Shown here: in pieces, positions 24,100-38,927 of the stretch
Layout of the letters: each line of letters begins with the position of its first letter
Numbering within the stretch: the first letter of the stretch is position 1
NCBI GenBank assembly: GCA_050084985.1
Contig: JBITNC010000001.1
Location: forward strand, 163,680,001-163,744,000
Origin: Nageia nagi
Taxonomy: Eukaryota; Plantae; Pinophyta
Direction: 5' to 3'
Length of the DNA: 64,000 bases
Translations under genes and position numbers: made by a program
Notes under the pieces: generated by a model
What the model saw: only the letters and a program-made list of their open reading frames with translations
What the model was told of the DNA's origin: nothing
Database searches by the model: none

Positions 24100-26340
24100 G
24101 GCCAACCCAGTCATAGAACAACAGAAAAGCATAACTAGTCAAACCATTCTCTTCAAAGCATGTCATTTTAATAAATTGTTTATCAAACTTTAAATAGGAA
24201 CATGAAGGGAGCTTCCCATAATGTTTGAAAAATAATCCCGGAATATTAGGTGAGCATTTAGACACATTATTGGCTTTAGAATGTGAACTAATACCTAGCT
24301 GTTAACATGGAGAATTCATTACCCCTTCTCATGACAAAGGCAAAGAGTTGCAATTTATCTGAAGAACTCCTTCCAAGAACTTCATACTACATATAAAGGA
24401 ATAGCCCGATTTACCAAGAGTTCTCAGATGGAAAAAATATTGAAAAACAAAGTATGGGAGTTTTTCTGAGTCTATGCCCCCGATGATCCAACACAACTCA
24501 ACTTTAGGAAACACGATGTGCGGATTTTAATCTAGTTCAATGGGATGCTGATCATGTTGAACTGTTGAAGTACATTAAACAAGCCCTAGATCTGCCAAAA
24601 TACAAGTATGAAATCACTGAATGAGAATTTTATGTGACGGATATTGTTTGGTAAAGAAATGTTGCTTCAACATAAAGCTACACTTGGTCAAACAGGTAGG
24701 ACAATAATAAACCAGTGCAGGCCAGAGTTGACAGGATTTATGCAAACCTACATGCTACCACTTTCTCTTCCAACAAAAAGAGATTGGTGCATGCGGATGC
24801 TGACAATACCAATTCAATTTACTGCCCTATCCCCCTCACCAGGCGAATTAACTTGTTTGTTTCCCTAGTAGTCAAAAGAGAAAGAAAGAAACTTTATTAA
24901 TTTCCTCAAGTGAACTATGTCAATGGGGCACCAAATAACATTGTCGGAATAGCATGAAGCAAAACTTTCCAATGTTGAATTAAAACCAAGCAAACTAGGT
25001 TTCAGATATGTTCATCAACTTGGCTAAGTGTCACTTCTGAAAATAGAATGTGATAGGAATTACGATAGAATAAATGGAACTTCTATGGCAGTGTTTCTGA
25101 GTCTTTGAAAACCTTAATTGTCCATCAAACTGTAGTCCTCTAGTGAATTAACTTTATGTCATTGCAGCAGGTACTCTTGGGTACTTACTTGAAGACCTAG
25201 AATGCAGATTCAAGTCGACAGAATAATGTTACTAGGAAAAAATTATGTTTTAAGACTCATCTGCTGATGATCCACTTTAATAACTAATATTTATTAGCAA
25301 TCCATTTAAGGAATCATGCTTCGCTTGAACATGTTGGTTGAAGTTTTGTGACAAAGGTGGGTGAGGAAAAAGTGGGTGCCTTCCTTATTTTCAACAAATA
25401 GCCACAGAAGTGGAAACCTACAAAACAGGTTAAGCCATTCAAGATCATGGCATTCCTTTTAGCAATCAACTTGATATTGCTAACTAGTGACAAGGGATAA
25501 CATCCAGATGCAAACAAAGATCCAAATTGGAATAATTGTTTGCTCACACATATTGGGGAAACCACAATTGTGGTTAAAAACCTAGTGGAGCACATGGGTT
25601 ATTCTAATTTCCTTTTTCCTTCTCGTGAGAGTTGAAAATGGCTACAGATGGTGATTATAAATTTATAAGCGTTCTCAAGGTCAAGAAAGGAGTGTTGAAA
25701 GGACTTCCCATGCTATCTTGGTACATTTGCAATCTGGAAGTCATTGCATCCAAAACATTAGACTTCGAGGAACTGTCTTTGCAAGAAAATGGGTAACTAT
25801 GGCAGTGGTTAAAACTGTTCCATAGAAAATCCTACTGTCCTAAAATTATAACCATCCAACCCATTGACAACAGCAAGGGATCCTTTCAGATTTGGTATAC
25901 AGTAGAAAATGCAAAGGTATTTATGATCGTACATCACTGTGGAAAACAGTTAGCCAGAAATCTTTAAGAGTCTCATTATGAGGAACCACCCAAGGATATA
26001 TAGGTTGAAGGCCTATATGGACATTTCTCTCCCCATGGAACCAGCTATGCCTTAATTTTCATGCCAAACATTCCAAGGAAAGGCTGGTCGGAGGACCTTT
26101 GGAATCAAGATTTACTGCCATGCAACACATTGCATCAAATTAAATCATGACCCTCCAGGGCTTTATATGATGACTCTAAATCCTATCTTCGTATGCTACA
26201 ACTTCAACCATTTCTTCCTTACTGGAAAAACGGGAAGGCAGTAATGGTGAGCCTATATATAACTCTACAATTGAACAATTAAGAGTTTTATATTAAAACA
26301 AGATAACAAAACCACTGCCAGTTTATTTGCAAATCAAGAA
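24100..26340 (-). mobile_element. Highly degraded LINE (L1-like) ORF2/RT fragment
   Basis: Minus-strand remnants in L1 RT order: GSLAVVNG (APGPDG-like, ~25870), GCYPLS (GDPLS-like, ~25500), ADES (FADD-like, ~25260). Confidence 0.55.
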
Positions 26341-27065
26341 CATCTTTCAAACACAAAGTCTTGGGTGGGTTAGTGCTTCAACCACAGTAAACCGTCGAAT
26401 CAAGCCTAGGTCTTGTTGGTTTCCATTTGTTATGCATAATATCTGAACTAGCAAATTTGGAAATGTGCTTGTATCGAAGCTGGTTTGCATGCATGTCATC
26501 AACATTGTTATCAGCATTGCCACTGCCATTTTCAATGTCCAACCACATTATGTTCTGCATTATTATCGTAATATATACCTTGAATATTACAATAATGTGG
26601 AAAACTAGACAAAGAGAAGTTATAAAGACCACTTGATTAAAATGCTTCTTTCAGTCTGCAGTAATCAATTGTTGATGGTTCTATGTTCTAACTATCACTT
26701 TCATATATAGCAGGTAAAGAGTAAACCTTGTTGAACTAGTGTTCCTTATTAATCATTCTCGTAAACCATCTTCTATATATATTATTGCTTCTTCAATTCT
26801 TTATACAAAATAAATTGAATACCCTAAGAAAAAAGAAGTTCCCAGCAGCCAATTTAACACACATTAAACGTGCTTTTAACATTATGGTTATGCTTGTCTC
26901 TCCCTTTGCCATGATTAGCAAATACAAGCTTAGACTTTACTGAACTGGCATAAATAGCTCATTAGCAGATAACCATTGTCTTAACATAGAGAACCTCTTA
27001 TAGATAGTATTGGATATCTCAGTATGTAATAATTGAATATATTTAAGAAAAGAAGTGATGCATAC

Positions 27066-27117
27066 TTGCAGCATTCATTTTAACCTGCTCACGTTGTGCT
27101 TCTAACTCGAGCATATC
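27066..27117 (-). CDS. NDUFAF2: NDUFA12-family complex I assembly factor exon, DMLELEAQREQVKMNAA
   Basis: ttgcAG|GATATG...GCAA|GTatg. 52 nt; phase 0 in, phase 1 out. Confidence 0.87.
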
Positions 27118-28079
27118 CTGCAAATCATAGCATGGCCCATAAGAAGCAACATGTTTAAAGAATAAGAAAAGAAAACCCTAGGTTGCAAACTAATCATCAA
27201 ACATTATTCAAGTACATAGTCAGAAAGAATAGAAAAAATAAATTAGAAGACAAGGCATAAAGGGAAATAATGGAAAGGAGTTGGTAATACTGAAAAAATA
27301 TAGACCACACCAAGTCCTTATCTTTTTAGGTGGCTCATGGGTGAAATGATAATGAATATCATAGCCCATAAATCAAAAAATGCAGTGATGAATCAGACAC
27401 CTTAAAAACAACTACCTTTTCTTTACCCTTGCTCTGTGATCAGGAAAAAAGGGGTGCAAGAATGCCTCCCCGCAGAAGGTGGTGAAAAATACGGGGAAAG
27501 ACATGATGCACTTAACAGAATAACATGCTGGAGAAATCATAGCCCAAATATGGTCACGCATAGAAACAGAATCTAAATTCAAAGCTGAAAAATATTTTAA
27601 ACATGAAAAGATTTTCCGTCAATAATATTGATTTGAAGTTCTGGTTAGTTGTGTTTTCAATACAGTGAAAAAAGCAAGTTCAAGTTCAGATCAAGTAGCC
27701 TCTAGCGAACAATTTTGCAAAACAGTTACACCTACAATGACAAGCCAAATATAGGGCTATTTTCAAGATCTGAAACATGAAAGCAAAGCTCAGCACAGAA
27801 AATGCATCAAATGCATACCCATCAAGTCCAATTTGAATTTCACAATCTGCATAAACAAATCATTCAATCAACAAGACAGTGCACTGTTACTCAATTTGCA
27901 CCCACACACTAGTATGGAAGTGGAGTGTAATCCCAATTATGTTTCGGAATTTGGTCAAAATGCATTTGAATATCCTGTATGCTTGGTTATGTTGCTCATC
28001 AGTTGATCACAACATAAAAGATTGCCTTTTAGAAAACAATTAAGAAAATAAATAAGTTAAGCTGAAATTGGAGGTTGAA

Positions 28080-29050
28080 GATAACAAGAACAATGATGCC
28101 AAGGCTGTCTTTACCAAATAGTCAATATTGGATCACCTCACTTTTCTAGGAACCACACTGAAGGCTCTCCTTATTTGATTTGTGAAGAACCGTTCAACTT
28201 GAAGATTTTGTGAAGGTGTTCCTCTTCTTGAGATGTAGCCCTCATGACAATTCATCTTTTAATTAGACTCGACATTCTAGAATTCTGTTAAATAAACTAA
28301 GATGAGGCTTCTACAGGGGATCCAAAACACTCAGTTATTGAAGGCATATGTTGGATATCATAATGGAAATGAGATTGTTTGGTATGTTGAGGAAATGGAG
28401 ATTCAAACAAATGGCTTTTCAGAAGTGACTGGCATCATTAAATGTTTATGGAAGCTGGAATCCAGTTGATAAGAGATATTAAGCAGTCAATTAGAAGAGT
28501 CTCAGAAATCCCAGTTTCTACTTTCTATCCTTTAAACAACAATTGCTGTCTTCTGAGCGATTGGTGATTTTCTTCAAATGCCAAGGAGTTACGGAGCCAT
28601 ATAGACATTTTCCTGATGATTAGGTACAGCAGATGAATAGGAATCACTCCAATTGTTTAAGGAATGGCTTATTAAAGAGGCCTTCCTTACAAAAATACAT
28701 GTCAATCAAGAGTTGTCTTTTGGATGGGTATGTATTCCGTGTTGTAAACAAAAGGACCTTGGGGACATAGTTTGGGAATGCAAGGATGTCAGGCTTTTCT
28801 AAGTATGGGCCAATTGCTTCTGAGACAGCCTGTTCATCTAAGGGCACTCCTATCTTCATGATCTCTAGCTTTATAGACACCCAAATATGATCCTCAGGTA
28901 TGCAATCAAAGCTTTGTGTTCTCTTTTCTCTGGCAGATGAAATCTAACACAATCTAGGATGCCTCCGTAAGGAAATTTATTAACATGGAATTCCATATAT
29001 TCCCAGATAATTTAGGTAGTCAATTTCATTTATGCTTCTATTAGTCAGGA
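28080..29050 (-). mobile_element. Degraded LINE endonuclease/linker fragment
   Basis: ORF 28644-28880 (LLFTTRNTYPSKRQLLIDMYF) loosely resembles the FTW.N...RLDRFL endonuclease block. Weak similarity only. Confidence 0.4.
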
Positions 29051-29308
29051 GATGTATAGTGAATGTCCACTATGAGGCAAAATCAGACATACTAGCCATT
29101 CTTCCTAGGATAGGCAGATGTAGACTTATAATCTTTGGGGTTTACATTATTTTTGTTCATGAAGCATAGATTAGTTTTGCACTGAAAAAACTTGCAACAA
29201 AACTTTGATTGTGTGTAAAAAAAAAAAACTAATACTTTTACTAAACTTCCAAAGGTTAAAATATCCATAATTTTCACTCAAAAATTCTTCTATATCTTGG
29301 GTTGTTAC

Positions 29309-29361
29309 CTGTGCAGTTGGAGCTTTTTTCCTCTGTCCTGACAACCAGCTTCTCCATTCCA
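29309..29361 (-). CDS. NDUFAF2: NDUFA12-family complex I assembly factor exon, (V)EWRSWLSGQRKKAPTAQ
   Basis: ttgcAG|TGGAATGG...GCACAG|GTaac. 53 nt. Carries the family hallmark P.EW..WL...R...PT. Confidence 0.9.
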
Positions 29362-31796
29362 CTGCAATTTTTGACACATTAAATGAAAACTTAAAATTTT
29401 AAAATAAATCAATAACAGAAAAACTAAGACAATGCATGAAATAAATATATTTTGAACAGAAAGTGGAAACTATGAATAAAAATGGTATAAATAATATAGT
29501 CCACTCTAAAATATACTGTTGAGCAATAAAAGAGTTGCAATTAACATTAATCATCTGAAAAGAGGTCATAGACAACGCTCATGCAAGAGTGGTCATAGCT
29601 GGGTTGGTTTGGTTGGACTATTCTGGGAGGGTGTACGATGTGACCTATCAACTGTCTTGAAATACAAGGCTCGTGAAATTCTAGAAGGTAAAATTTTGGT
29701 GATGCAAGTTACTCAAGGCTGCCTGACTTGTGGACAAGACTCAAATGGGTGGCCTACCTATAATAAGAAATGGTATTGGGTCTCTCTCTTGTTGAAGAGA
29801 GCAGTCCTCAAGACCCTAGAAATGCCTCATGAAAGAAGATAGAGCTGCACTCATTTATCATTAGTAAACTTTTGGGTAGCAGTAACATAAAAACAAATTT
29901 GATATAATGGCCCAACTTGTCAAGACCTCCATTAATAAATATTTGACATATTAAAATATTCATTTTGAGATATTGATTATATGAAAGTTACATGCATGGC
30001 TAGGCTTTTCTGTTTTATATCATGGTTATTTTTTTTTTTGTGAAATGATAATCAATGTTGTATGGTAAATGTGTGATAAACATTTTCAGTAATTCTGAAT
30101 ATGGGTCCCACAGATTGGACTCGAAACGTCAATATGTCATATTCATATGCAAGTCAACCTCAAACCACTAAAGAGAATTTTCTATGCTTTTGTATAATGT
30201 ATTATGTTATGAGATATTGTTATGCTCAAATACTGTCTTCTCCTTCTCTCTGTGTTTCAGGTCATTATCAGTAATGGACACGGATGGAAGCCTGAAGGAA
30301 GACAGAGAGATCACTTCATGGCGATAATGACAAAAACAAAAGGAAATACCCTTGAATGGTGACAAGCATTGCAAACCAATTTCTTTGTTTGATCTCATTT
30401 TTTTGCCTTTTTGAATACTCAGAATTTGATTATTTTATACCTTCCTCCCTGAATGATCAAAAAATAAAAGAGAACTATAGATTATAGTATTTAATATTAT
30501 AGAAGAAGGGGTACCAAGGGGACATAGGGAACATAAGGTCTTAAAAACCTAAAATATGCTTGTTTGAAATAAATAAAAAAGGAAATAAGATAAGTTTTAA
30601 AACCCCTCCTCAAGGGCCAAATTAGGCACTTCTAAGGGAAAATGATAAGTTTGTTGTAAAACTGATGGCTATCAGTAATTTTGCCACACTACATTTCAGT
30701 GTGGGTTGACACACAAGTTTTTACTCGTATTGTTACAGGTTTGTCATTCTGTAAATTAATTGAATTTCTTCATTATCTTCTTCTCCTTCATAATTTTGAT
30801 ATCCTCTTGCATTTCACCTATCTCTTGTGTGCCAATGGCATGTTCATGGGAGATAATCTCCAACTGCAATAGAAAAGCAATTTCGAATGGCATAACAATT
30901 GAGATTCAAGAGCATGGGAAAGTATTGAATGATACATTTTATTTGATTGCATAGGATGAAATCTTCACCATCATGTGTTGAATTCTTACTCTAGTTTAGA
31001 GAATCTTGAATGCAAAAGATCTCTAGTTCACAGTATGTTGTATTTCAGTGTGTGGTAGAACACAAGTACTTTTCTAGTACTGTAATAACCGCTATGACGT
31101 AAAATATAAATCACTGCACAAATATTATCACAAATAGAGTAAGAAACTGTCATATAAGGGTGATGTTGTTTCTTGTTTATCCACAATTGCATTACTTCTT
31201 TAATTTACTCAGTGCTTATCTCTTGAATTCATACCAACTTGAGAAGGTTTCAAATGATTTGTTCCAAATTGCTGAAAACCTCAAACAAGGTGAACTCAAG
31301 AAACCTATTGTGCCCGCTCAACACACCCTTAAATTTGACAATTTTGGGGACCCTTCTTCGGCCAAAGCAACAGACAGAACTACCTGGGAAACACAGGATG
31401 GAGAGGATCTCAGAGGAAACAAGGTGTTGGAAAGTGAAAAGTGCTAAATCCATATTAGGACTATGTCAGGAGTTAAATAGTAGATATACATCATGTTGCG
31501 ACTAAAACACAACATGCCCCCAAATCCTGCGATTTTGGGGACCCTTGATATGTCATGTATATACTTCGTTGTCATCGTCTTGTCCCACCCAAGATATGCC
31601 GCAAAGACCAAGATTCATGGACAATTCCTCTTTGGTTCAAGCCTCATGCTTCGCCTAGGGTTAGTCATACCAAGTTAGAAATTTTGAAATTCCCAAAAAA
31701 TGACTAAGTCTGGAAAGTGTTAAGTCAACCTTAGGTGAACCAGGGAGTCCAAGAAGAGTCGAAGCCCGACTAACTCAAACTGGGCATCTCCAAGGG

Positions 31797-32760
31797 CTAG
31801 CACATGGTTCAAAAAGACAAAATATTGTCTTTTGAAATCATGCGAATTGGCCTAGAGGTCGTCCAAATTGGAAGAGAGACTCAAAAATGCAATCTGGGGC
31901 ACTTGCAAGCCCAACGCATGCCTCCAGGAGACAAAATCTTGTCTTCCTAGGCATGCGCCAAGCACAGGAAGCAAGCTGGAAGGAAATGGAGCACGAAAAG
32001 TCTAAGGCAAGGGCGTAACAAGGATGGTGCATGGATTCCAAAGACAAAATCTTGTCTTTTTGAACCATGCGACCTAACCAGGGGGAGGAATTGATCAAGT
32101 TTGGGAGTCAAGAAGTGAACCTCAGGCACTCGGGAGGCTGGTGTATGCCTCAAAATGACAAAATCTTGTTTTTTTGAACCATGTGCCAAGCCTGAAAGGG
32201 ATTCCAATTCGAGCGGCAAGGAAAAATTCGACAAGTCATGGACCTAGAAACCTCAAGATCAACTCAAGTGCACCTAGGGGGCCTAGCGCATGATCTCAAA
32301 AGACATTCTTGACTTTTTGAGGCATGCGCCAAGCCCAGGAAGCCTCCAAGATCCAGGACACATTAAAAAATTTGGCAAAGGCATGAACACTTAAGCATCA
32401 AATCATGAAGGTTAGGCAATCTGGAGGGTGGCGCATGATTCAAAAAGACAAAATTTTGTCTTTTTGAACCATGCAACCAGGCTGGACAAGCAAGCAAGGT
32501 TGGTGCATGCCTCAAAAAGTCACAAACTTGACTTTTGGAACCATGCACCAAGCTTACAGGCTTCCCAGGTTGAGATGAAAGATCAAAATCATCAAGTCCA
32601 GCCGACAGGAAGACCAAAAATCAGGATACATCAGGTTACTGAGTGAGTTTGGTGATCAAGGTAGGCAAGCAAGGGACCCAACGTTGGGAGCATGCCCACC
32701 CCCAAGGCTAGCACATGATTTAAAAAGTCACAATTTTATCTTTTTTTGCCATGCGCCAAG
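31797..32760. repeat. Array of eight palindromes, copy 2
   Basis: Same units and mostly the same spacers as 13263-14200. Confidence 0.88.
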
Positions 32761-33144
32761 CTAGTTTGAGCACCAAAACCTCAACATTCGGGCACAAGCG
32801 GCTTTTCATCTAATTTTTGGGTTGGCACACATCTCTAGATCGAACAAATGGAGGTCTAAGATGATCTTTGCCAGTAACCCTAGCCGACTAGGGCAAGCTA
32901 GGAGCCAGTTGGGCTATAAATATAAGCCTGGGGACCTCATTTTCTCAAATCCAAAATTTGCTCCTCTTCCACTTTTGCGCAAGAATAGCAGCAAATTACA
33001 AATTTTTGCACTCAAACTTCATCATTCGTGCATCCTAAGGCTTGCGCAAGCACTTGGGAGGCAAGCTACTCCAACGTGGGGTGTCTTCTCCACCTGGAAA
33101 CTCATGCACTACCCTTGAGGAGCAACGTTGTAAGCTAGAACATC

Positions 33145-36087
33145 ATGACTTCCTCCAAGGGAAACTCGGCTTCAGACTTCTCAAGGGACCTTGAAACGTT
33201 GAGACACGATTGTATCATCACCATTTGTGAGAGGCAAGACCCCTTGCCCCAAGGGGCTAAGTTCTCCAAGAATGGATTGGCCACTATTGGAGACACAAAC
33301 TAGTAGAAGGTGGATCCAATGCCGATGAGGGAGAAGATTAGGAACAAGTCAATCAGTGAGTTGAAACAAGACATTGTCTTCACCTTTGTCCCATTCACTG
33401 CTCCGTTCCCAAAGTTGTTCTTGGAGATTGGCTAGTATTGGAAGAAGGGTGGCAAAGCGCTCCGTGACATCAAAGGCAATATCATCATGGACTTCAGCCC
33501 CAAAGCCATCAAGATAGCATTTCAGTGGACTTCGGAGGGCAACTTTGAGTATACGAAGGAAGAGTCGTTGGCATGCTATCAAGACACAAATAGGGAAGCC
33601 GTGGCAATCAAGAGTTGGATGCTAGACGAACACCATAGCTTAAAAAGCAACACACTCATCAATGCCCCTCCCTATCACTTCTATCCGTCCGTGGAATTAA
33701 TGATCCTCATGTTGTCAAGGATTCTCAGGAAGGAGGATGCGTCCAAATTCCGGAAGAAGTTTGACTTCATCGTAGAGATAGCTAGAGGGAAGAAGATCAA
33801 GTGGAGTAAGGTGTTGAGTGATAGCATCATGGATCATCCGTGTAGCCATATCAACTGCCCTGGTATGTGAGCAACAAGATGCTCCTAATGGAGATGACTA
33901 GGTAATTGACCTACCTACATGAGCACATTTGGCAAAAAGAAGTCAGCCACTTCCAATTTGCCGATTATAGTGGGAGAGTATCAATGCAAAGCATGGGTAG
34001 ACGTGAATTCCATGATAGAGGAGTTGGGAAGGTACAACTTCAAGAGGATGCCAACTGCCACCCATTATGATCCTGAGCACTGAATCCACGACTTCTACAT
34101 GAAGGAAAGGAAGAGGGCCTATGAGCATAGGCCACTTAGAGATGAGGAGTCATTTCGAAATGTCAGCACTAAAATGGAAGTGAAAAAGATTCGTAACAAG
34201 ATGAAAGAAGAGGCTCAGAAGCAACAACGAGAAGTGGAGGCATCTATTGATAAGAAGTTGTCTCAATCTCGAGGAAAGAAGCAACAAGAATCCACCTCCA
34301 GAGTCACTTTCCACAGACGATTGAGGAGCCCATTGGACAGTATGCATCCATGCACAAGAAGAATCCAATTGAACAGGTAGTGTAGCAGGTTAGAGATACA
34401 GTTGATGAACATGATGTGAGGGAATTAGAGCATGTGGTGACTAACAACGTGGTGAGATGTGTGAGGTATAGAGAAGCAGATTCGTCGCCACCCCAAAGGC
34501 CACCAAGAATAGTAGTGTCACATCCATCTCAGACCATCCCACTGTCAAGATCATAATCTTCAGGCCACTTGTATGAACCTTATAACACCCTTGAGAGAGA
34601 CAAGAAGGTGAGCAGGAAGACAATGATCATAAGAGCATGCTTGCAAAAGGGGAATATGAGAGCATACCTGAAGATGAATCCGATGAAGGATTAGAGGATG
34701 GGCACGCAGCTAGTATTGTTCCCGGAGACAATATTTAGGATGCCCAAGACGAAAAGCCATCTCTTGAGATATTGAAGGAGGTTCACAACCATGACATTTC
34801 GGAGCCTTCAACATCTCAATGGAAAAACAAAGATCCAACCTGAGTTAGTACCAAGGAGAGTGCAATTGAAGAGGGGATCTCAGTCCAGATTGTTGGTGAT
34901 ATCCGACAACGTTGCAGAACCAGGAGGGAGACCCTCCAAGAGACTCAAGGAAAATGCCATTGTTGTTGCCGAAGCAGTAGTAGAAACCTATCAACCTTTG
35001 CCTAATCATGAGTGGGGTGTGGATATGGACAAGTGCCTCGACGTCTTTAACATGGATGTTGGAGAGGAGTTGAAAGCTAGAGGAGCTGATGATTAGATTG
35101 GGGAGGGTTCTACTCGTTTGGGGAGGAGTCAAACTTATGTACACATGACTGATAATGCAATTTGCATTACGACTATAGTGGCTAACAAGGATAACCCCCA
35201 GTGCCCCGGGGACTTGAAGCAAATCAATCAGATCGTTCACACAAGCCCCATTGGCATGATCGGCGGAAAAACACGCGATCATCTCGAACACCAAGGAGAT
35301 TGCCAAGGATGGGCTACTAAAGGAAAAAGAGATAAAGAGCTTGAAGGAGTTAGCTCCTCAGAAGAGACTGACTCGTGAGCTTGAGTCATCCAAGGTGCCT
35401 ACAGAAGAACTTAGGAAGGTGAGACCCCTCAAAGAAGGCATGGTGACAGTAAAACAGGAAGTGATGGACGATGTCTTAGCAATATTGAGAAAATTTGTTG
35501 AGGCCCTTCACAAGATCTCAGTCAAGGAAGATAAGTTGAAGTATATTGTCACCAAAAGGGTTAGATTGCACAGGATTTGAGACTCTCGTAAACCCATGAT
35601 ACTGAGATTTGAGGCAACATAGGCTCAGAGGCCCAAGGATACTAAGTTTTGTGAGGATTAATGGTTCTATTGGGGCGTAAATAGTCAAGCGCTCACCCGC
35701 TTCCAAGAAACCAAGAAGGAGGTGACCATGATCAATGATAAAGCGCATTCATGTATTGAACAAATGGACTTTCAGGTGCAATTCTTGGAAGAGACCACCA
35801 CCATTCGAGAGGTCGATGAGGTAGTGGCAAATGTTAGACACCTTCTTCACAGCCTGATGATGATAGAGGACATCACTTCTTATCAGTTGGGGAGTCATTT
35901 GAGGCATATGATACCAACTCATGTGTGGAAGGCTAAGATGGAGAAGCTGGTGGACGAGGTCGAGGGCAACGTTGCTATTAGTAGGCCGAAGTTCTCAAAG
36001 ATGTTGCACAAAGTGGAGCTTACGGCGAGATTCCTAACTGACATCTTCAAGCATCGAGTTGCAGGCTTGGGCCCACCATTGGCCTAA
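33145..36087 (+). pseudogene. Decayed accessory ORF, copy 2, with a ~335-bp internal deletion
   Basis: Colinear with 14585-17862. The deletion joins two ATGGA microhomologies (copy 1 positions 15269-15273 and 15604-15608). Confidence 0.75.
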
Positions 36088-36867
36088 TTGTTATTTTGGA
36101 TTAGTTTAGTTTATTTTCATAAAAAGTTTTATTTTCCAGCTAAACATTTTTAATAATATTTTATTCCCAAACTTGTGAAGGATGAGGATTTGCTCCCACA
36201 AGTTTGGAAGAAACTTTGTAACGCCATGTGGCATATTTTTTGTTGGACCATATGTTATTTCTTGATACTTGTGCTTAGGGTTAGTGAAACACATAGGAGT
36301 GCCCTAAAAACTATTTATACCACATTTTGATTGATTTGTAGGGGATTAGACCTTTTGCAAATTGGGCTACTTACACAATATTTTCAAACTTGCAAGTTTC
36401 CCTATTTTGTAACTGTGATATAATTTCAAATGATTGAAGTGAGCATATTTTCATTTGGAACTATGGATGTGAATGTGTGTTACATCTTTATGCTATCTTG
36501 AGTGTTTGGAGCATTTTGTAAATCTTGCGAAGGTGGACAAAAGAGTGCCTGAAAATCTTTTGAAATATTTCAAGTAGTGTATGGTTGTGACGTTTCATAG
36601 TTTGCACATTAGACTAATATGTTTTAAGATGACTCGTATATGTCGTTTAATATAGGAACTTCACTCCTCGTTTGAGTTCTACCCACGTCATATCTTTCTT
36701 TTCCATTGCCTTAGCGCCAAGCTCCCCTTGTTAGGACACTCGTGTTGTTGCCTTCCAAGTCAGATTCGGAGTGCGTGGAACCTAGGCCAAACCTGTATGA
36801 GTCCAATCTTAGAAATCCATACTAATCGGTGAGAGTATCGCCCCTCAAGTTGAATTCATATATCACC

Positions 36868-38927
36868 TGTGATGTCCTATTTGGACCAATGATAAAATAT
36901 ATCATGGTCACTTTGTATTCTAGTGTTTGCTCATAGTCATGTTGTACTTATGTAACTCAAGTAGAAGCTTATGGTTTGTGGACCCCACTGTGAGCCCCAC
37001 AATGGGATGTCTCTCGTTGAGTAGTGTTATGTTAATTGTAATGGGTTATCTCGGATTATGGGAATCCCTAGGTAGATGTGTGATGTATGTTTAGAGTGCA
37101 CAGACGAGAGTGTTAGCGTTGGGAGGACCCCACATACCCCACATTGGCTCAGGAGGCTACATGGACCCCCACATCATCCAAGGAGGCCAATTGGACCCCA
37201 CGTCAACCTTGAGAGCCTTTATGACTCTCATGTTGACATACTAGGCCCATGGGACCCCCATGTTAGCATATTGGGCCAATATGACCCCCACATTGGCACT
37301 GTTGACTTGTTGACCCAACATTTGATTAGAATTGGCTTGGGGTGATAACGAGGCATGACGGATGTACATGAGAGGCTATATATTGAGGATGGAGCCCCAT
37401 GATGAGGTAACCACTTATTATACACTTTCTATACTAGTCCCAATCAGGCAATCAAGTCTTGGCGGTGCTAAGCAATATTCCTAGACGGCGTCTAGAGGAG
37501 TGACAAGGTTGGGAGCCTAACATTCTACCGCTTAGGTGGGTCACCTAGCTGCAAATAATATATTTTTCTTCAATAAAATTCTGATCTACGTAAAAAAATC
37601 ATATCTGCAAATAATATCCAGAAAATAACAAAAAACCTTAAGATAGTCACAAACACAACACAAACATTTTTGTATGTTTTTCTGGAACCACAGGAACATA
37701 GATCACATAGATGGGTATCACAAAATAAAATCAAATCTGCAATTACAAGCCTCTTAGGGCTGGACATCCCTCTTAAGGCATGAAAATGACAACAAAACCC
37801 TAAATAAGCCTCCCAAAAATAGGTGAATTCCTCCAAGGTATGGCCACACTGAATACTGCAGGAAACCACACAAATACTGAATGCTGAAATTGAAATCTAA
37901 TTACCAGCTCTGAAACCCCAATGGCAAACCCTGAATGGATATGCCTATCAATGTTCAAGGGATCAACCCTTGAATTCCAATCAAATAGCAAGGATTAGCC
38001 TTGTCTACTAGATTAGCTACTTTCTAAAGAGAGGGATCAGCCCAATACTCCAAAAGGGCGGTTGAAGGATCAACCTTCTCACGAAGATCACAAGATCTCA
38101 AAATAATATCATAACATAACATAATCCAAAATGAGACACAAAGCTCTCTTATATAGCCGTAGGTTCTAATTTTGCGTTGACACTTCCCTAGGCATCCATA
38201 ATCACTTAAGTCTTTATTTTATAAATAAAAGATGCAATAACTAATATTATGTCTCCTAATACATTACCCTTATATCCTCTTTTTTATTCTTTTATTTGTC
38301 TAACTCTATGTAGAACACTTTCACACCACCTTAGATACACAACTTCCATATTTCACATACACAAATATGCATGATCCTAAAAATGAAAAACGAGGACATT
38401 ACAAATTCCGAGGACGAGCTTCTACCTTCATTGGTCACCAAGGTTCGAGGAGACTCCTTTGTAGGAGGGGATTTTGATACTAAGGGAGTTAGTCTTTCCC
38501 ATTGCATGTTCTGCTTGTTGAGGGTTTGGAACCCTCGATCTGTGTGTTGTAACCTCCATTGTACTTAATGATCATATCATAATAAAATACATATCATTGT
38601 GCCTCTCATCATTGTGTTGTTCCACTGTGTGCATGCATTGTGATATACTGGTGTTGGAAGCTTTGTCTTGGCTTCATATTGTTGTGTGTACCCATCGTTG
38701 GCATTCCTATGTTGTGCATTGTTGTTGTGGGCATTCGTGGGGTTTATAGAGTGTTGGAGAAGCCCTAGGGGCCAACGTTAGCATTGTGGGATCCTTGTTT
38801 AGTGTGGAGTGTAGTTCAAAAGGCCAAAGAGGCCCACATGGGAGTATTGGAGGGTTTGTCTGCCCTAGTGTTGAGTTGTTTTTGTTGAGGGTAATTTTGG
38901 AACATTAGGTAATTTTGGAACATTACA
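36868..38927 (+). mobile_element. Solo LTR (same family as 331-1559) with a nested LTR fragment
   Basis: TGTGATG...CATTACA. Perfect TSD TCACC at 36863-36867 and 38928-38932. The empty site CATATATCACCATC is visible in copy 1 at ~18621. Confidence 0.92.
37550..38403 (-). mobile_element. Truncated LTR of another family
   Basis: Ends GAGGACATTACA, i.e. TGTAATGTCCTC on the minus strand. TATATAAG on minus at ~38150. It interrupts the host LTR core, and ~12 bp of host sequence is lost at the left junction. Confidence 0.7.
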
